Source: a virus
Lineage: Duplodnaviria; Caudoviricetes
IMG/VR virus record: IMGVR_UViG_2531839301_000007
Location: 14,596-78,595 of that record
DNA length: 64,000 nucleotides
Reading direction: 5' to 3' (one strand)
The position numbers and the translations under genes were made by a program. Within the stretch, counting starts at the first letter, position 1, and every line of letters starts with the position of its first letter. Of the stretch, positions 28,920 through 37,889 are shown one piece after another. Under the pieces are notes generated by a model. The model was not told where the DNA came from. It saw only the letters and a list, made by a program, of their open reading frames with translations, and ran no database searches.

Positions 28920-31757
28920 ATGTGGAAGGTATATGACAAAACAGGAACGAAGGTACGCTGTGAGGTACGAAAAGTACAATACAGTGGAACTTTCATGGGC
29001 GAATGTTTCGTAAATACTACCATAAACTCTGAACTACCGATTGATTTTGAAATCGGAGATTACTTCATTTACCGTAATGAACAGTTCACGATTAACTATG
29101 ATCCAAGTGTTTTAAAGAAAGCCGGAGCAAGAAAAAATGGAGAGGCTTATGTTTACGATGGTGTGAAGTTCAATAGTTATTCGGATGAACTGACTCGATG
29201 TGATTTTCTTGACTATGTTCTTGCTGACAACTTCGTTCATTTTTCTTCTCTTCCTACTTTTAGCTTCTTTGCATCAAGCATACAGGATTTGGCTGACCGC
29301 ATACAAGCTAACCTCGACCGTGTTTATACTGGCGACCAAAAATGGGCTGTTGAAGTTCACCCGGAATATGTCAATACAACCAATGTGAACATTGACGCAA
29401 GTAAGCTAAAGGTGTGGGCTGCGCTGGATTTCATTAAATCGAAATTCGATGCAAATTTCATTATTCGCGGACGCAAGATAATTATTGGTACTGCGGGAGT
29501 AGCTATCGACAATGTTTTCCAATATGGGAAGGGAAAGGGATTATTTGAAATTCAGCGCGTGGCTGAAAGTAACCAGCAAATAATTACCCGTCTTCGTGTG
29601 TATGGTAGTACAAGAAATCTTCCGGTTAGATATTACAATAAGTTGTCGGACGCATCCCTTACCAATTATCTGCCTAATAACATGGCAGTACAAAATCTGA
29701 TGTTGCCGGATTTTCCCAAGAGGACGTTGGATGCTTATATTGATAGCCCCAATATATCGGTGCTTGGAGTACGTGAGGATAGCGTGTATTTTGATGGAAG
29801 TGACGAATCATTGCCAGAGATTTACCCGTCAATGGAAGGCATGACTGCGGAGCAACTTATTGCTGCCGGAATATCATGCAGTATTGATACCGGGGACAAC
29901 GGAAACTTGGACGAGATTGTGACGGATGCTACCGAAAAAGATGGTAAAGCAATCAGTGATGATGGTATGTGGGACAAGTTGAAAGAGGGTGAGAATATTC
30001 CATCATTTCTTTTGACTATTAAAGATGTTGGTTTTGATATAAATGACTATCTGACCGGAGAAACAGCCACCATTAGCATGGAAGATGGTATGTGTGGTGG
30101 ACGAGAATTTGAGATTACAAAATGTGAGAAGAAGGGTAATAAATACATTCTCACTTGTAATCGTGTTTATGATGATGGGCTGAAACTCTATTTCCCATAT
30201 AAAGATTACAATATCAAAGCCGGAGACAAATTTGTCTTCTTGAATATTGATATGCCGGAAGTGTACATATCTGCTGCTGCTCAACGCCTTTTGAAAGCTG
30301 GCAAGGAGTATTTGGCAAAAAATGATTATGTGCGCTATACCTATGAAGTGAAGATTGACGAGATATACATGGCTCGGCACCCACAACTTTATAGCTTGCT
30401 GAAGGAAGGAGATTTGATGTTGTTCACTGAATCCGATTTCAAGATTGACGGAAGTATCATTATTGATTCTCTGCGAATTACTGAAGGAGAAGGTCTTGTC
30501 CCGACTTACGAAGTGACATTGGCAAATGAGAAATCTGTTGGTACTCTTGAAAAGATTCAAAATGCAATAGACTCCATTGGAGGTGGGCAAGGTTCGGGCG
30601 GATATAATGCACAACAGATAAACAGCTTAATTCGGACTTTTGGCAGTAAACTATTCCTTTCTAAGATTTCGGATGATATTGCGCAAGGAGTAATCCAGTT
30701 TCTCAAAGGGGCAGTCTTCGGAGAGTTTGCAGAAGGTATTTCCGGCTTTGGTGGGAAGATAGACCAATTCGGTTCCGCTTGGCTTGATTCATTATCTGTC
30801 CGCAAGTTCTTGGAAGTTCCTGAATTGAGATATAACCGGATAAGCATAGAAGTTGGTAATCGTTGGAACGCTCCGGGCGGGGGTGTCGTTGAGAGTGTGG
30901 TTCCTGATACTGATGTTGATGGAAACATTCTTAATACGGGAACAATAATATTACACTTGCAAGACAAAGAAATTGGCAAAGTTGCCGTGGATGATATTTG
31001 TCAGGGGATATTCCATGATGGAATGACGTTGGACAATAATTTTTCAGATGATTATGACGACGGAATAGGCAATTTTCAATTCTCCGGATTCTATACATGC
31101 TATTTTCGCATTACGGATATTTTAGAAGTTGGAAGAAACAGCAAGTTCCGATATATGCTTCGTGGCGTAAGTGATCGTTGGAGATTTCTTTTTCATCCGT
31201 GCGAGGCAATGCACTTTGTTGGATATGGAAACTTCACAGATAAATCACGGCAGACCTCTCGCTATTCTACTCGAACGTATGAACGCTATTTGCGGGGAGT
31301 TAATGACTGGGAGTTTACTTCAGATAATATCGGGGCACAATTTGGTGATTTGAGTAACTTGTCTGTCTTCGGAATGAACATGGAAGGTTATTCTGCTTAT
31401 TTGAATAACATATACATGACCGGAGTTATTGAACAACTTGAAAACTACCCGGCACGTATTGAGATAGATACGCAAGGAGATAATTTTCTTGCTTTTGGTG
31501 AGACTATGGACATTACTTGTAGGGTATTCAAAGGTTGGAGCGATATAACCGATACTGTAACAAAATGGAGAATAACCCGTGATAGTGGTGATACGGCAGA
31601 TGATGAAGCGTGGGCAATCAAGAATAAAAACTTTGCCGGAAATATAACGCTTGCTTATGAAGACCTCGGAGATAACGCTATCACATCTGTAAGTACATTA
31701 TTTACCGTTACGGCAACAAATAAAACTGATACGGCGAAAGCTATTATAAGTATATAG
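28920..31757 (+). CDS. Tail hub/Tal-like protein
   Basis: 945 aa; IITRLRVYGS motif typical of tail endopeptidase-like hubs. Confidence 0.7.
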   Translation: MWKVYDKTGTKVRCEVRKVQYSGTFMGECFVNTTINSELPIDFEIGDYFIYRNEQFTINYDPSVLKKAGARKNGEAYVYDGVKFNSYSDELTRCDFLDYVLADNFVHFSSLPTFSFFASSIQDLADRIQANLDRVYTGDQKWAVEVHPEYVNTTNVNIDASKLKVWAALDFIKSKFDANFIIRGRKIIIGTAGVAIDNVFQYGKGKGLFEIQRVAESNQQIITRLRVYGSTRNLPVRYYNKLSDASLTNYLPNNMAVQNLMLPDFPKRTLDAYIDSPNISVLGVREDSVYFDGSDESLPEIYPSMEGMTAEQLIAAGISCSIDTGDNGNLDEIVTDATEKDGKAISDDGMWDKLKEGENIPSFLLTIKDVGFDINDYLTGETATISMEDGMCGGREFEITKCEKKGNKYILTCNRVYDDGLKLYFPYKDYNIKAGDKFVFLNIDMPEVYISAAAQRLLKAGKEYLAKNDYVRYTYEVKIDEIYMARHPQLYSLLKEGDLMLFTESDFKIDGSIIIDSLRITEGEGLVPTYEVTLANEKSVGTLEKIQNAIDSIGGGQGSGGYNAQQINSLIRTFGSKLFLSKISDDIAQGVIQFLKGAVFGEFAEGISGFGGKIDQFGSAWLDSLSVRKFLEVPELRYNRISIEVGNRWNAPGGGVVESVVPDTDVDGNILNTGTIILHLQDKEIGKVAVDDICQGIFHDGMTLDNNFSDDYDDGIGNFQFSGFYTCYFRITDILEVGRNSKFRYMLRGVSDRWRFLFHPCEAMHFVGYGNFTDKSRQTSRYSTRTYERYLRGVNDWEFTSDNIGAQFGDLSNLSVFGMNMEGYSAYLNNIYMTGVIEQLENYPARIEIDTQGDNFLAFGETMDITCRVFKGWSDITDTVTKWRITRDSGDTADDEAWAIKNKNFAGNITLAYEDLGDNAITSVSTLFTVTATNKTDTAKAIISI

Positions 31758-31760
31758 AGT

Positions 31761-32963
31761 ATGGAAAGTGTAAAGAAAAGAATTAGAAAAGATTTTCAAC
31801 CATTGACTATTGCGGTCAGCTTGAAAATTATGACTCCGAATAGCCCGACTTCGCAAGTATATAATAGCGAGAATGGCGAATATGAGCCTGACCGTGGCGT
31901 TACTCCGCTTGTGATTCTGCCGGAAGTTATTGCGAACTGTACGGATGGTAGCTGGAATACTCCTTATGCGAATGAGTTACTTTCCGAAATGAAGTGGTAT
32001 ATCAACGGAAAAGAGGCTTCAACCGTAGCTTCTTGGAATGGAAAGTATTCTATTGATACTGTTGGTTCGACTCGCGGTGCAATTACGATCAACCGCAATG
32101 TTTCTCCGGGAGAAAGTTTTGAGCTTCATTTTGAAGGTGTAGTTGCTGATACCCGATTGGGTGCAAATATCCCAGTGAAGACAGATACTATAACTCTTTC
32201 TACCGTAGATAAAAGTGAAGATGAATACAGCTTATCAATCGGAGACGACCAAATCATCCGGTACAATCCATTTGAGGATGCTTTGCTACTGTATGATTAT
32301 AAAGTTGCTAATGGTTTGACTACGGCTTCAACATCTGCACGCAATGCTGCGCTGAATGAAAACGCATACGAACGCTCTATTTCTGTATCCGTGCATAAAG
32401 GGGACACACTTTTAGCTGCTGGTTATACATTGAATTTATACAGCATTGGTAGTGGCGGTGTCTTGACACAACTTACAACTGCCAAACATGAGATAATCGC
32501 TTTGACCTTAACGAAGATCACTATGGATTTGCGGCTAATAGAAAAAGGTGATTTTCTCTTGGTTGTCAATGTTGGTGGAAAAGAAAAAGCAAGAAAACAG
32601 TTTTCTATAAACCGGGTATATCCCAAATTTGATATAGAACCAGTAAGCGGAGTTTCCATTAATCCGGGTGAGACTACTCACTATAATAAAGTAATGGTGC
32701 ATTACAATGGAAATATAGTTCCGGTTCCCGCTCCAATTTTAAAGATGGTATGGTTTACTGATACAGAGAATTTAACCGGAGTACAACATAATGAGGGAAC
32801 TGAAACGGTGATAACATTATCTCGTACAGGAATTGGAAATACATATCTTGATGATTGGCTTGATATATACGTGGAAGCGGAACAGAAACCGATATTTAAA
32901 GTTATGACTGATGCTTCGGGCACAGAATATACGGACAAAAGTGGAAATGTTTACATAAACTGA
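31761..32963 (+). CDS. Tail structural protein
   Basis: 400 aa beta-rich in tail operon. Confidence 0.6.
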   Translation: MESVKKRIRKDFQPLTIAVSLKIMTPNSPTSQVYNSENGEYEPDRGVTPLVILPEVIANCTDGSWNTPYANELLSEMKWYINGKEASTVASWNGKYSIDTVGSTRGAITINRNVSPGESFELHFEGVVADTRLGANIPVKTDTITLSTVDKSEDEYSLSIGDDQIIRYNPFEDALLLYDYKVANGLTTASTSARNAALNENAYERSISVSVHKGDTLLAAGYTLNLYSIGSGGVLTQLTTAKHEIIALTLTKITMDLRLIEKGDFLLVVNVGGKEKARKQFSINRVYPKFDIEPVSGVSINPGETTHYNKVMVHYNGNIVPVPAPILKMVWFTDTENLTGVQHNEGTETVITLSRTGIGNTYLDDWLDIYVEAEQKPIFKVMTDASGTEYTDKSGNVYIN

Positions 32964-32968
32964 TAATT

Positions 32969-33196
32969 ATGAGATATGTAGTAGCAAAAACCAAAACAGT
33001 CACTAATGCTGGAATCAGTGATAGCGGACATAGAACAAAGAAAGGATTTATCATTATCAATGAAAAAGAGGTGATGAATAGTGATTTCCTCGAAGGTGAT
33101 TTTGAAGCTCGTGTTCAAATACTTGGAGGTACAACATATACAAACGTGGAAATAAATAACATTATAAACGAAGGAGGATGGAATTATGGCTTATGA
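32969..33196 (+). CDS. Small tail-module protein
   Basis: 75 aa coupled to neighbours. Confidence 0.55.
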   Translation: MRYVVAKTKTVTNAGISDSGHRTKKGFIIINEKEVMNSDFLEGDFEARVQILGGTTYTNVEINNIINEGGWNYGL

Positions 33197-34208
33197 TTAC
33201 AGTGCCCAAAATAGTATTACCATCAAGCGATTACGAGCGAATGATAGCTTGACACTTAGTTTTGATAATAACGGAATACCTCTGTTTCAGGGCGTAGATT
33301 CTGAAAGTGGAGTCGTATCGCCGGATTGGACGAAAGCAGCAAACCAACCGATAAGAACTCCGAAGGTTATTTCATCGCATGGGCTGGCAGTCGCATTGTC
33401 AAACCATACTTGGACATACAATGGCGTGGCATTAAAATTTAGTGGTGCGGAAAGTAGCGGATGGAAGGCTGATAGCACCGGAAAGTTTCAAATGAACACT
33501 ACTACCGGAGCTATTAAGATTATTGCCAATTTAGCAAGTAAGACCAATATTGCCGGGGATACTCTTATTTATTCGTGTGTGGCTACGGTTGCCGGAGTAG
33601 AGTATAACTTGACAAAGGATTTGCCTATCGTAATTCAAAACATAGGTGCAAGTTCATATTATCTTGCTATTCTCGCTACAACTGAACAGCTAACGAGTAA
33701 GGTTACTTCAACTTCATTGCAGACAAAATTATATCTTGGAGCAAATGAGGCATCGGATTACTATGTGAAATGGTATAAAGACACGGCGGCATGGGCAGAT
33801 AAAAACGGTCAAAAAACTATTACTGTCGGAAGAGGTGATGTTGATGGTACTCAACTGTTCATTGCTGAAGTGTACAAGTCTTCCAGTGACTCACAGCCTT
33901 TGGCACGTTCGGGTATCCGTATTATTGATACTGCGGATGAATTTCAGGTTGTGTGCTACATTTCTTCAGCCAATAAAGAGGTGGATACAGGTAGCCCGGT
34001 AACTGTTAGTGCAAAAATTGTCAATATGACTACCGGAGCGACATATTCCCCTTCGTCTGCCGCATGGACAATGAATATAATGGATAAGGAAAACTGGAAG
34101 AGTCTGAAATCTTCATCTACGAACAGCATATCAGTAACAACAACTGAAACAGATCGTAACGGGAATCTGTATGACGTAGATGTAGTTGCAGAATGTAACT
34201 TCAATTAA
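33186..34208 (+). CDS. Tail protein with Ig-like domains
   Basis: 340 aa S/T-rich beta protein; VKWYKD motif. Confidence 0.6.
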   Translation: MAYDYSAQNSITIKRLRANDSLTLSFDNNGIPLFQGVDSESGVVSPDWTKAANQPIRTPKVISSHGLAVALSNHTWTYNGVALKFSGAESSGWKADSTGKFQMNTTTGAIKIIANLASKTNIAGDTLIYSCVATVAGVEYNLTKDLPIVIQNIGASSYYLAILATTEQLTSKVTSTSLQTKLYLGANEASDYYVKWYKDTAAWADKNGQKTITVGRGDVDGTQLFIAEVYKSSSDSQPLARSGIRIIDTADEFQVVCYISSANKEVDTGSPVTVSAKIVNMTTGATYSPSSAAWTMNIMDKENWKSLKSSSTNSISVTTTETDRNGNLYDVDVVAECNFN

Positions 34209-34229
34209 TAATTAATCAAATACAAAATT

Positions 34230-35549
34230 ATGGCATCAAAAACTTTAGGAAGTGAAACCATAGTACAATCTATGCTAAGAAGCAATAGTGTACTCGTTGA
34301 GATTGACGGAAACGTTCGCCGTATTTCATTGGAGAATCTGATGAACGCAATTAATACAGGTAATGAACAACTTCTGCGACAAGTCGCATGGGGTATCCCT
34401 TTAAAGCATAAAGTTCAGAGTAGTACTGCTTATGGAGTTGTAGGAAATACGGCTGCATGGGCTGAATACAAACGAATGAGTGGACGTTATCTCGTTAATA
34501 ATGCGGGGAAAGCCTCAAAACTATCTCCGACTAATTCAGGAGTGTTTGCTGACGGTACTGCTCTTGACGAATCCAAAGGACATGTAATGTTCATTTCTCC
34601 GCGTTTATACTTTTTAGTTAAGACTGATAGTGTAAGCGGAATACCTTATTTATGGTTAAGCATGTATCCAATCGGTGGACATTATATTGGTGGAGCCAAT
34701 GGTGGTGAATACAACTGTATTGGTGCGTATAAAGGTTCTATGTCAGGCAGTGCGCTTGTTTCCCGTTCCGGGGTATCTCCGGCAGGAAGTAAGACTATCA
34801 ATGCCTTTTGGAGTGCAGCACAAGTGAATGGTAAAGACTGGGGACTGACTGACTACGATCAGCGTAAACTTATTATGATGCTTGGATTATCTGAATATGG
34901 AGATACCAATATTCAAGCAAAACTGGGGTACGGTGTTAGTGGTAGCTCAAACTTGGATTTATGGGGGGCTGCGGCATCATTGAAAACCGGAGCTACCAAA
35001 AGTCTTGGTGATAACTGGGGAAAGATTGGCATTTCATTAGTGAATGGAAGCATTACGGGTGTGAATTGTTCACGTGTAAACATGATGGGTATTGAAGACC
35101 CTTATGGATGGCAATGGGAAGATATACAAGGGGTATATTGTGGAAACTCTGCAAATGATACACAAGACGGAACCGAAATCTTTATCTATAAAGGCAACCG
35201 ACTTCCAACTACTGCTGAAGTATCTACTCACCCTAACGGGGAATACCGACAAGCAACCCGTTTAACAACAAGTGGGTATGTACAGGAAATTATGGCTGGG
35301 GATAACTTCGATATTTTCCCGGCAAAGATTGGCGGAGGAAGTACTTCATATTGGGCTGATTATTCATGGGCTAACAACACTGGGCAGCTTGTCTTTTGGG
35401 GCGGTAATGCGTCTTTCGGTGCGTACTGCGGCTTGGCGTATGCGTACTCGAATTACGCTTGGTCGCTCTCGTATGCGGATGTCGGCTCTCGCCTTGCTTA
35501 TTATGGGAATTTAACATTTGTTACGGGTGCTGAATTGATGGCATCTTAA
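34230..35549 (+). CDS. DGR target 1: putative receptor-binding protein with C-type-lectin/FGE-like C-terminus
   Basis: GIEDPYGWQWE and GGN...GSRLA motifs; VR1 at 3' end. Confidence 0.9.
   Translation: MASKTLGSETIVQSMLRSNSVLVEIDGNVRRISLENLMNAINTGNEQLLRQVAWGIPLKHKVQSSTAYGVVGNTAAWAEYKRMSGRYLVNNAGKASKLSPTNSGVFADGTALDESKGHVMFISPRLYFLVKTDSVSGIPYLWLSMYPIGGHYIGGANGGEYNCIGAYKGSMSGSALVSRSGVSPAGSKTINAFWSAAQVNGKDWGLTDYDQRKLIMMLGLSEYGDTNIQAKLGYGVSGSSNLDLWGAAASLKTGATKSLGDNWGKIGISLVNGSITGVNCSRVNMMGIEDPYGWQWEDIQGVYCGNSANDTQDGTEIFIYKGNRLPTTAEVSTHPNGEYRQATRLTTSGYVQEIMAGDNFDIFPAKIGGGSTSYWADYSWANNTGQLVFWGGNASFGAYCGLAYAYSNYAWSLSYADVGSRLAYYGNLTFVTGAELMAS
35386..35502 (+). repeat. DGR variable repeat VR1
   Basis: 117 bp vs TR: 13 mismatches, all at TR adenines (hand alignment). 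Confidence 0.97.
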
Positions 35550-35604
35550 CGAATTAATGAAACTTAGTTCTTTGAAATACAAATAGTTACAAAATCCGTT
35601 CACA

Positions 35605-35638
35605 GCGTCACGTTCTCGAATTACGAATAGCGTGACGC
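35605..35638 (+). other. Hairpin upstream of TR
   Basis: GCGTCACG...CGTGACGC perfect 8-bp stem. Confidence 0.55.
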
Positions 35639-35672
35639 ACCCGACAGGGGTGGACGGTTGGCGGAAGGGAAC

Positions 35673-35792
35673 AAGAGCTTGTCTTTTGGGGCGGTAATGC
35701 GAATAACGGTGCGAACTGCGGCTTGGCGTATGCGAACTCGAATAACGCTTGGTCGAACTCGAATGCGAATGTCGGCTCTCGCCATACTTATT
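35673..35792 (+). repeat. DGR template repeat TR
   Basis: Ten AAT/AAC codons in the VR reading frame; matches VR1 and VR2 except at adenines. Confidence 0.97.
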
Positions 35793-36063
35793 TAATCGTG
35801 GAGAAATCTGCGAGTTCCCTGAACCATGACCCTGCAATATTATGGTTGCAGCGTAGTAACCAGTAAGTTACGATGTCAAAAAAACACGTGCGGAAAGGTC
35901 TGTTCATCTTGCGAAAACAGACAAGCGGCGTTAGTAGGTTTATTCTCGAAAGCTCCGGGCAAATTATTCAAGCAAGCAAAATGGACTTGCAATATCGGAA
36001 TAATTGAAATAGGTCTGAAGAAGACAAAATTAAAAGTATGGTGTAAATTTTAAATAGAAGGTA

Positions 36064-36744
36064 ATGACTAAGAGAAGAGGATTTTTGATAGAACAGATTG
36101 CTGATATGGATAATCTTCGGGAAGCGGATAGAGATGCGCAGGATGGAAAGGTAAAGAAGAACCGATTTATCCGCCGTCACAACGAGCACGCCAAAGATGA
36201 TTTAGAGGCTTTAAGGGAAATGATATTAACGCTGAACTTTCCTGACCCGAACTTCAGTATTATGACGGTTGTCAGTGATGCGGGGAAGAGAAGGGATATT
36301 GCAAAACAAAGCTATTTCCCGTGGCGTATTCTCCACCATGCCATAATGAGGGTAATTGGGGAAGAGCTTTATAAGAGCCTCATTCTTGATACGAGTGCTT
36401 GTATAAAAGGAAAGGGATTGCATTTTGGAGTCAGGCGCATGAAGATGTTTCTACGTAGGTATCCTGAATATAAATGGTTTGTAAAGACCGATTTCAAAAA
36501 GTTCTATCAGAGTATTCCACATGAAGTATTGCTTAATGCGCTTCGCCGGAAATTCAAAGACGAGAAGTTTATAAAGCTGATTGAGATTGCATTATTGAGT
36601 TATGATAGCGGAGAAGAGTTAATTGAAATTTTGGAAAATGAAGAACTTCGGAAAAAGAGGTGTACCGATTGGAGCATACACAAGCCAACCACTCGGAAAT
36701 TTCGCTGTAAGCCCGATAGACCACAAGTTCAAAGAACAGTATAA
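36064..36744 (+). CDS. DGR reverse transcriptase, N-terminal part
   Basis: GKRRDI, WRILHHAI, SACIKGKG, KTDFKKFYQSI. Confidence 0.9.
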   Translation: MTKRRGFLIEQIADMDNLREADRDAQDGKVKKNRFIRRHNEHAKDDLEALREMILTLNFPDPNFSIMTVVSDAGKRRDIAKQSYFPWRILHHAIMRVIGEELYKSLILDTSACIKGKGLHFGVRRMKMFLRRYPEYKWFVKTDFKKFYQSIPHEVLLNALRRKFKDEKFIKLIEIALLSYDSGEELIEILENEELRKKRCTDWSIHKPTTRKFRCKPDRPQVQRTV

Positions 36745-36958
36745 GGTCAAATGTTTGCATCGGTATTGTGATGATAACGTGATGCTTGCTCGGACAAAAG
36801 GTGAAGCTAAGTTCCTACTTCGGGAATATAACCGGGTAAGTGCAGAATATGGATTGGTTGTGAAAGGGAATAGTTGTATTTCTCCAATAGGAACGGAAGT
36901 TAGGCATGAAAACAAAAAACATAGAAAGCGAAAAAGAAGTAAGAGGAAGAAGGATTAG
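36623..36958 (+). CDS. DGR reverse transcriptase, middle part (+1 frame)
   Basis: GVPIGAYTSQPLGN and catalytic RYCDD. Confidence 0.9.
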   Translation: MKFWKMKNFGKRGVPIGAYTSQPLGNFAVSPIDHKFKEQYKVKCLHRYCDDNVMLARTKGEAKFLLREYNRVSAEYGLVVKGNSCISPIGTEVRHENKKHRKRKRSKRKKD

Positions 36959-37493
36959 CTTCTTGGGATATTGCTTTACACCGGACAATGTAAGGCTTCG
37001 TAAGAACATGAAGAAAACCTTCGCGCGAAAAGATAAACGAATAAAGAGCCGTAAACGTAAGCAACAAATCCGTGCATCATACTGGGGATGGTGTAAATGG
37101 GGAGATTGCCGAAATTTATGGAAAACAATAACAGATAATGATATGAGTTTTGCTGACAAAGGAATCAAACAAAGTGGAAAGACAAAGGACGGAAAGAAGT
37201 TCTTTGATGTTTCGGAAATGAGATTAATGGAAATTTTGAATATTCCCATTAAGGTATTGGATTTTGAAACAAACGTGAAGACTTCACAGGGAGACGGAAG
37301 GTATTGTGTACTGTTTGAAATGAATGGTGCAAAATACAAGTTCATAACAAATTGCTTTAACCTGAAAGATGTGCTCGATCAAGCAAGGCTACGGGAACAA
37401 GAAACGGGCGATAAGATTTTCCCGGTGGAGAATGTGATTATTAAAAGACGTGCACTTCGTGAAGGAAAGAGTGCTTATTATTTTGATGAATAA
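36906..37493 (+). CDS. DGR RT C-terminal part (+1 again) fused to an extra ~116-aa domain
   Basis: ISFLGY motif, thumb SYWGWCKW, then MSFADKG... from in-frame ATG 37143. Confidence 0.85.
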   Translation: MKTKNIESEKEVRGRRISFLGYCFTPDNVRLRKNMKKTFARKDKRIKSRKRKQQIRASYWGWCKWGDCRNLWKTITDNDMSFADKGIKQSGKTKDGKKFFDVSEMRLMEILNIPIKVLDFETNVKTSQGDGRYCVLFEMNGAKYKFITNCFNLKDVLDQARLREQETGDKIFPVENVIIKRRALREGKSAYYFDE

Positions 37494-37510
37494 TTTAAAA
37501 GGAGGTAAAA

Positions 37511-37885
37511 ATGAAAGCGTACAGTGATTTTAATGGAGTGGTGCCCGAAGGTGTACAAGTTACAGTGGAAGGTAGTTTGGTGCGATTGTTCTTTGATTAT
37601 GCCAAAAACGAAATTACCGTTGAAGGTGAAAAGCGTGAACAGTTGGTTTGTGAGAATGTAAATGCAAGCGGGAGAACGTATGAAGAGCTTGTCAGTGCTA
37701 TTGTAACTGACCGCTATTCGGCAGATAGACGTGAAGCCGTATTCGCCAATTATGAAGAAGCCAAAGATGAAACGAGTGAACTAACTGAAGTAAAACGCGC
37801 TGAATATTTAAAGGAATATTCTGATTTTCAGGCATGGCGTAAACGCGCAAAAGAAGTAGCAAATGAAGTATTAGCAAAATTGTAA
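37511..37885 (+). CDS. Phage hypothetical protein
   Basis: 124 aa with GGAGG upstream. Confidence 0.65.
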   Translation: MKAYSDFNGVVPEGVQVTVEGSLVRLFFDYAKNEITVEGEKREQLVCENVNASGRTYEELVSAIVTDRYSADRREAVFANYEEAKDETSELTEVKRAEYLKEYSDFQAWRKRAKEVANEVLAKL

Positions 37886-37889
37886 TAGA

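Noticed and set aside
35386-35792. Near-identical repeats as a CRISPR array
   Set aside because: Only long VR/TR copies with adenine-specific mismatches; no repeat-spacer periodicity or cas genes.
35826-36053. 75-aa ORF between TR and RT as avd
   Set aside because: Too short and Cys/Lys-rich, without Avd four-helix character; likely the DGR RNA spacer.
36064-37493. Group II intron or retron RT
   Set aside because: TR/VR pairs identify a DGR; no intron domain V/VI, maturase or msr/msd inverted repeats seen.
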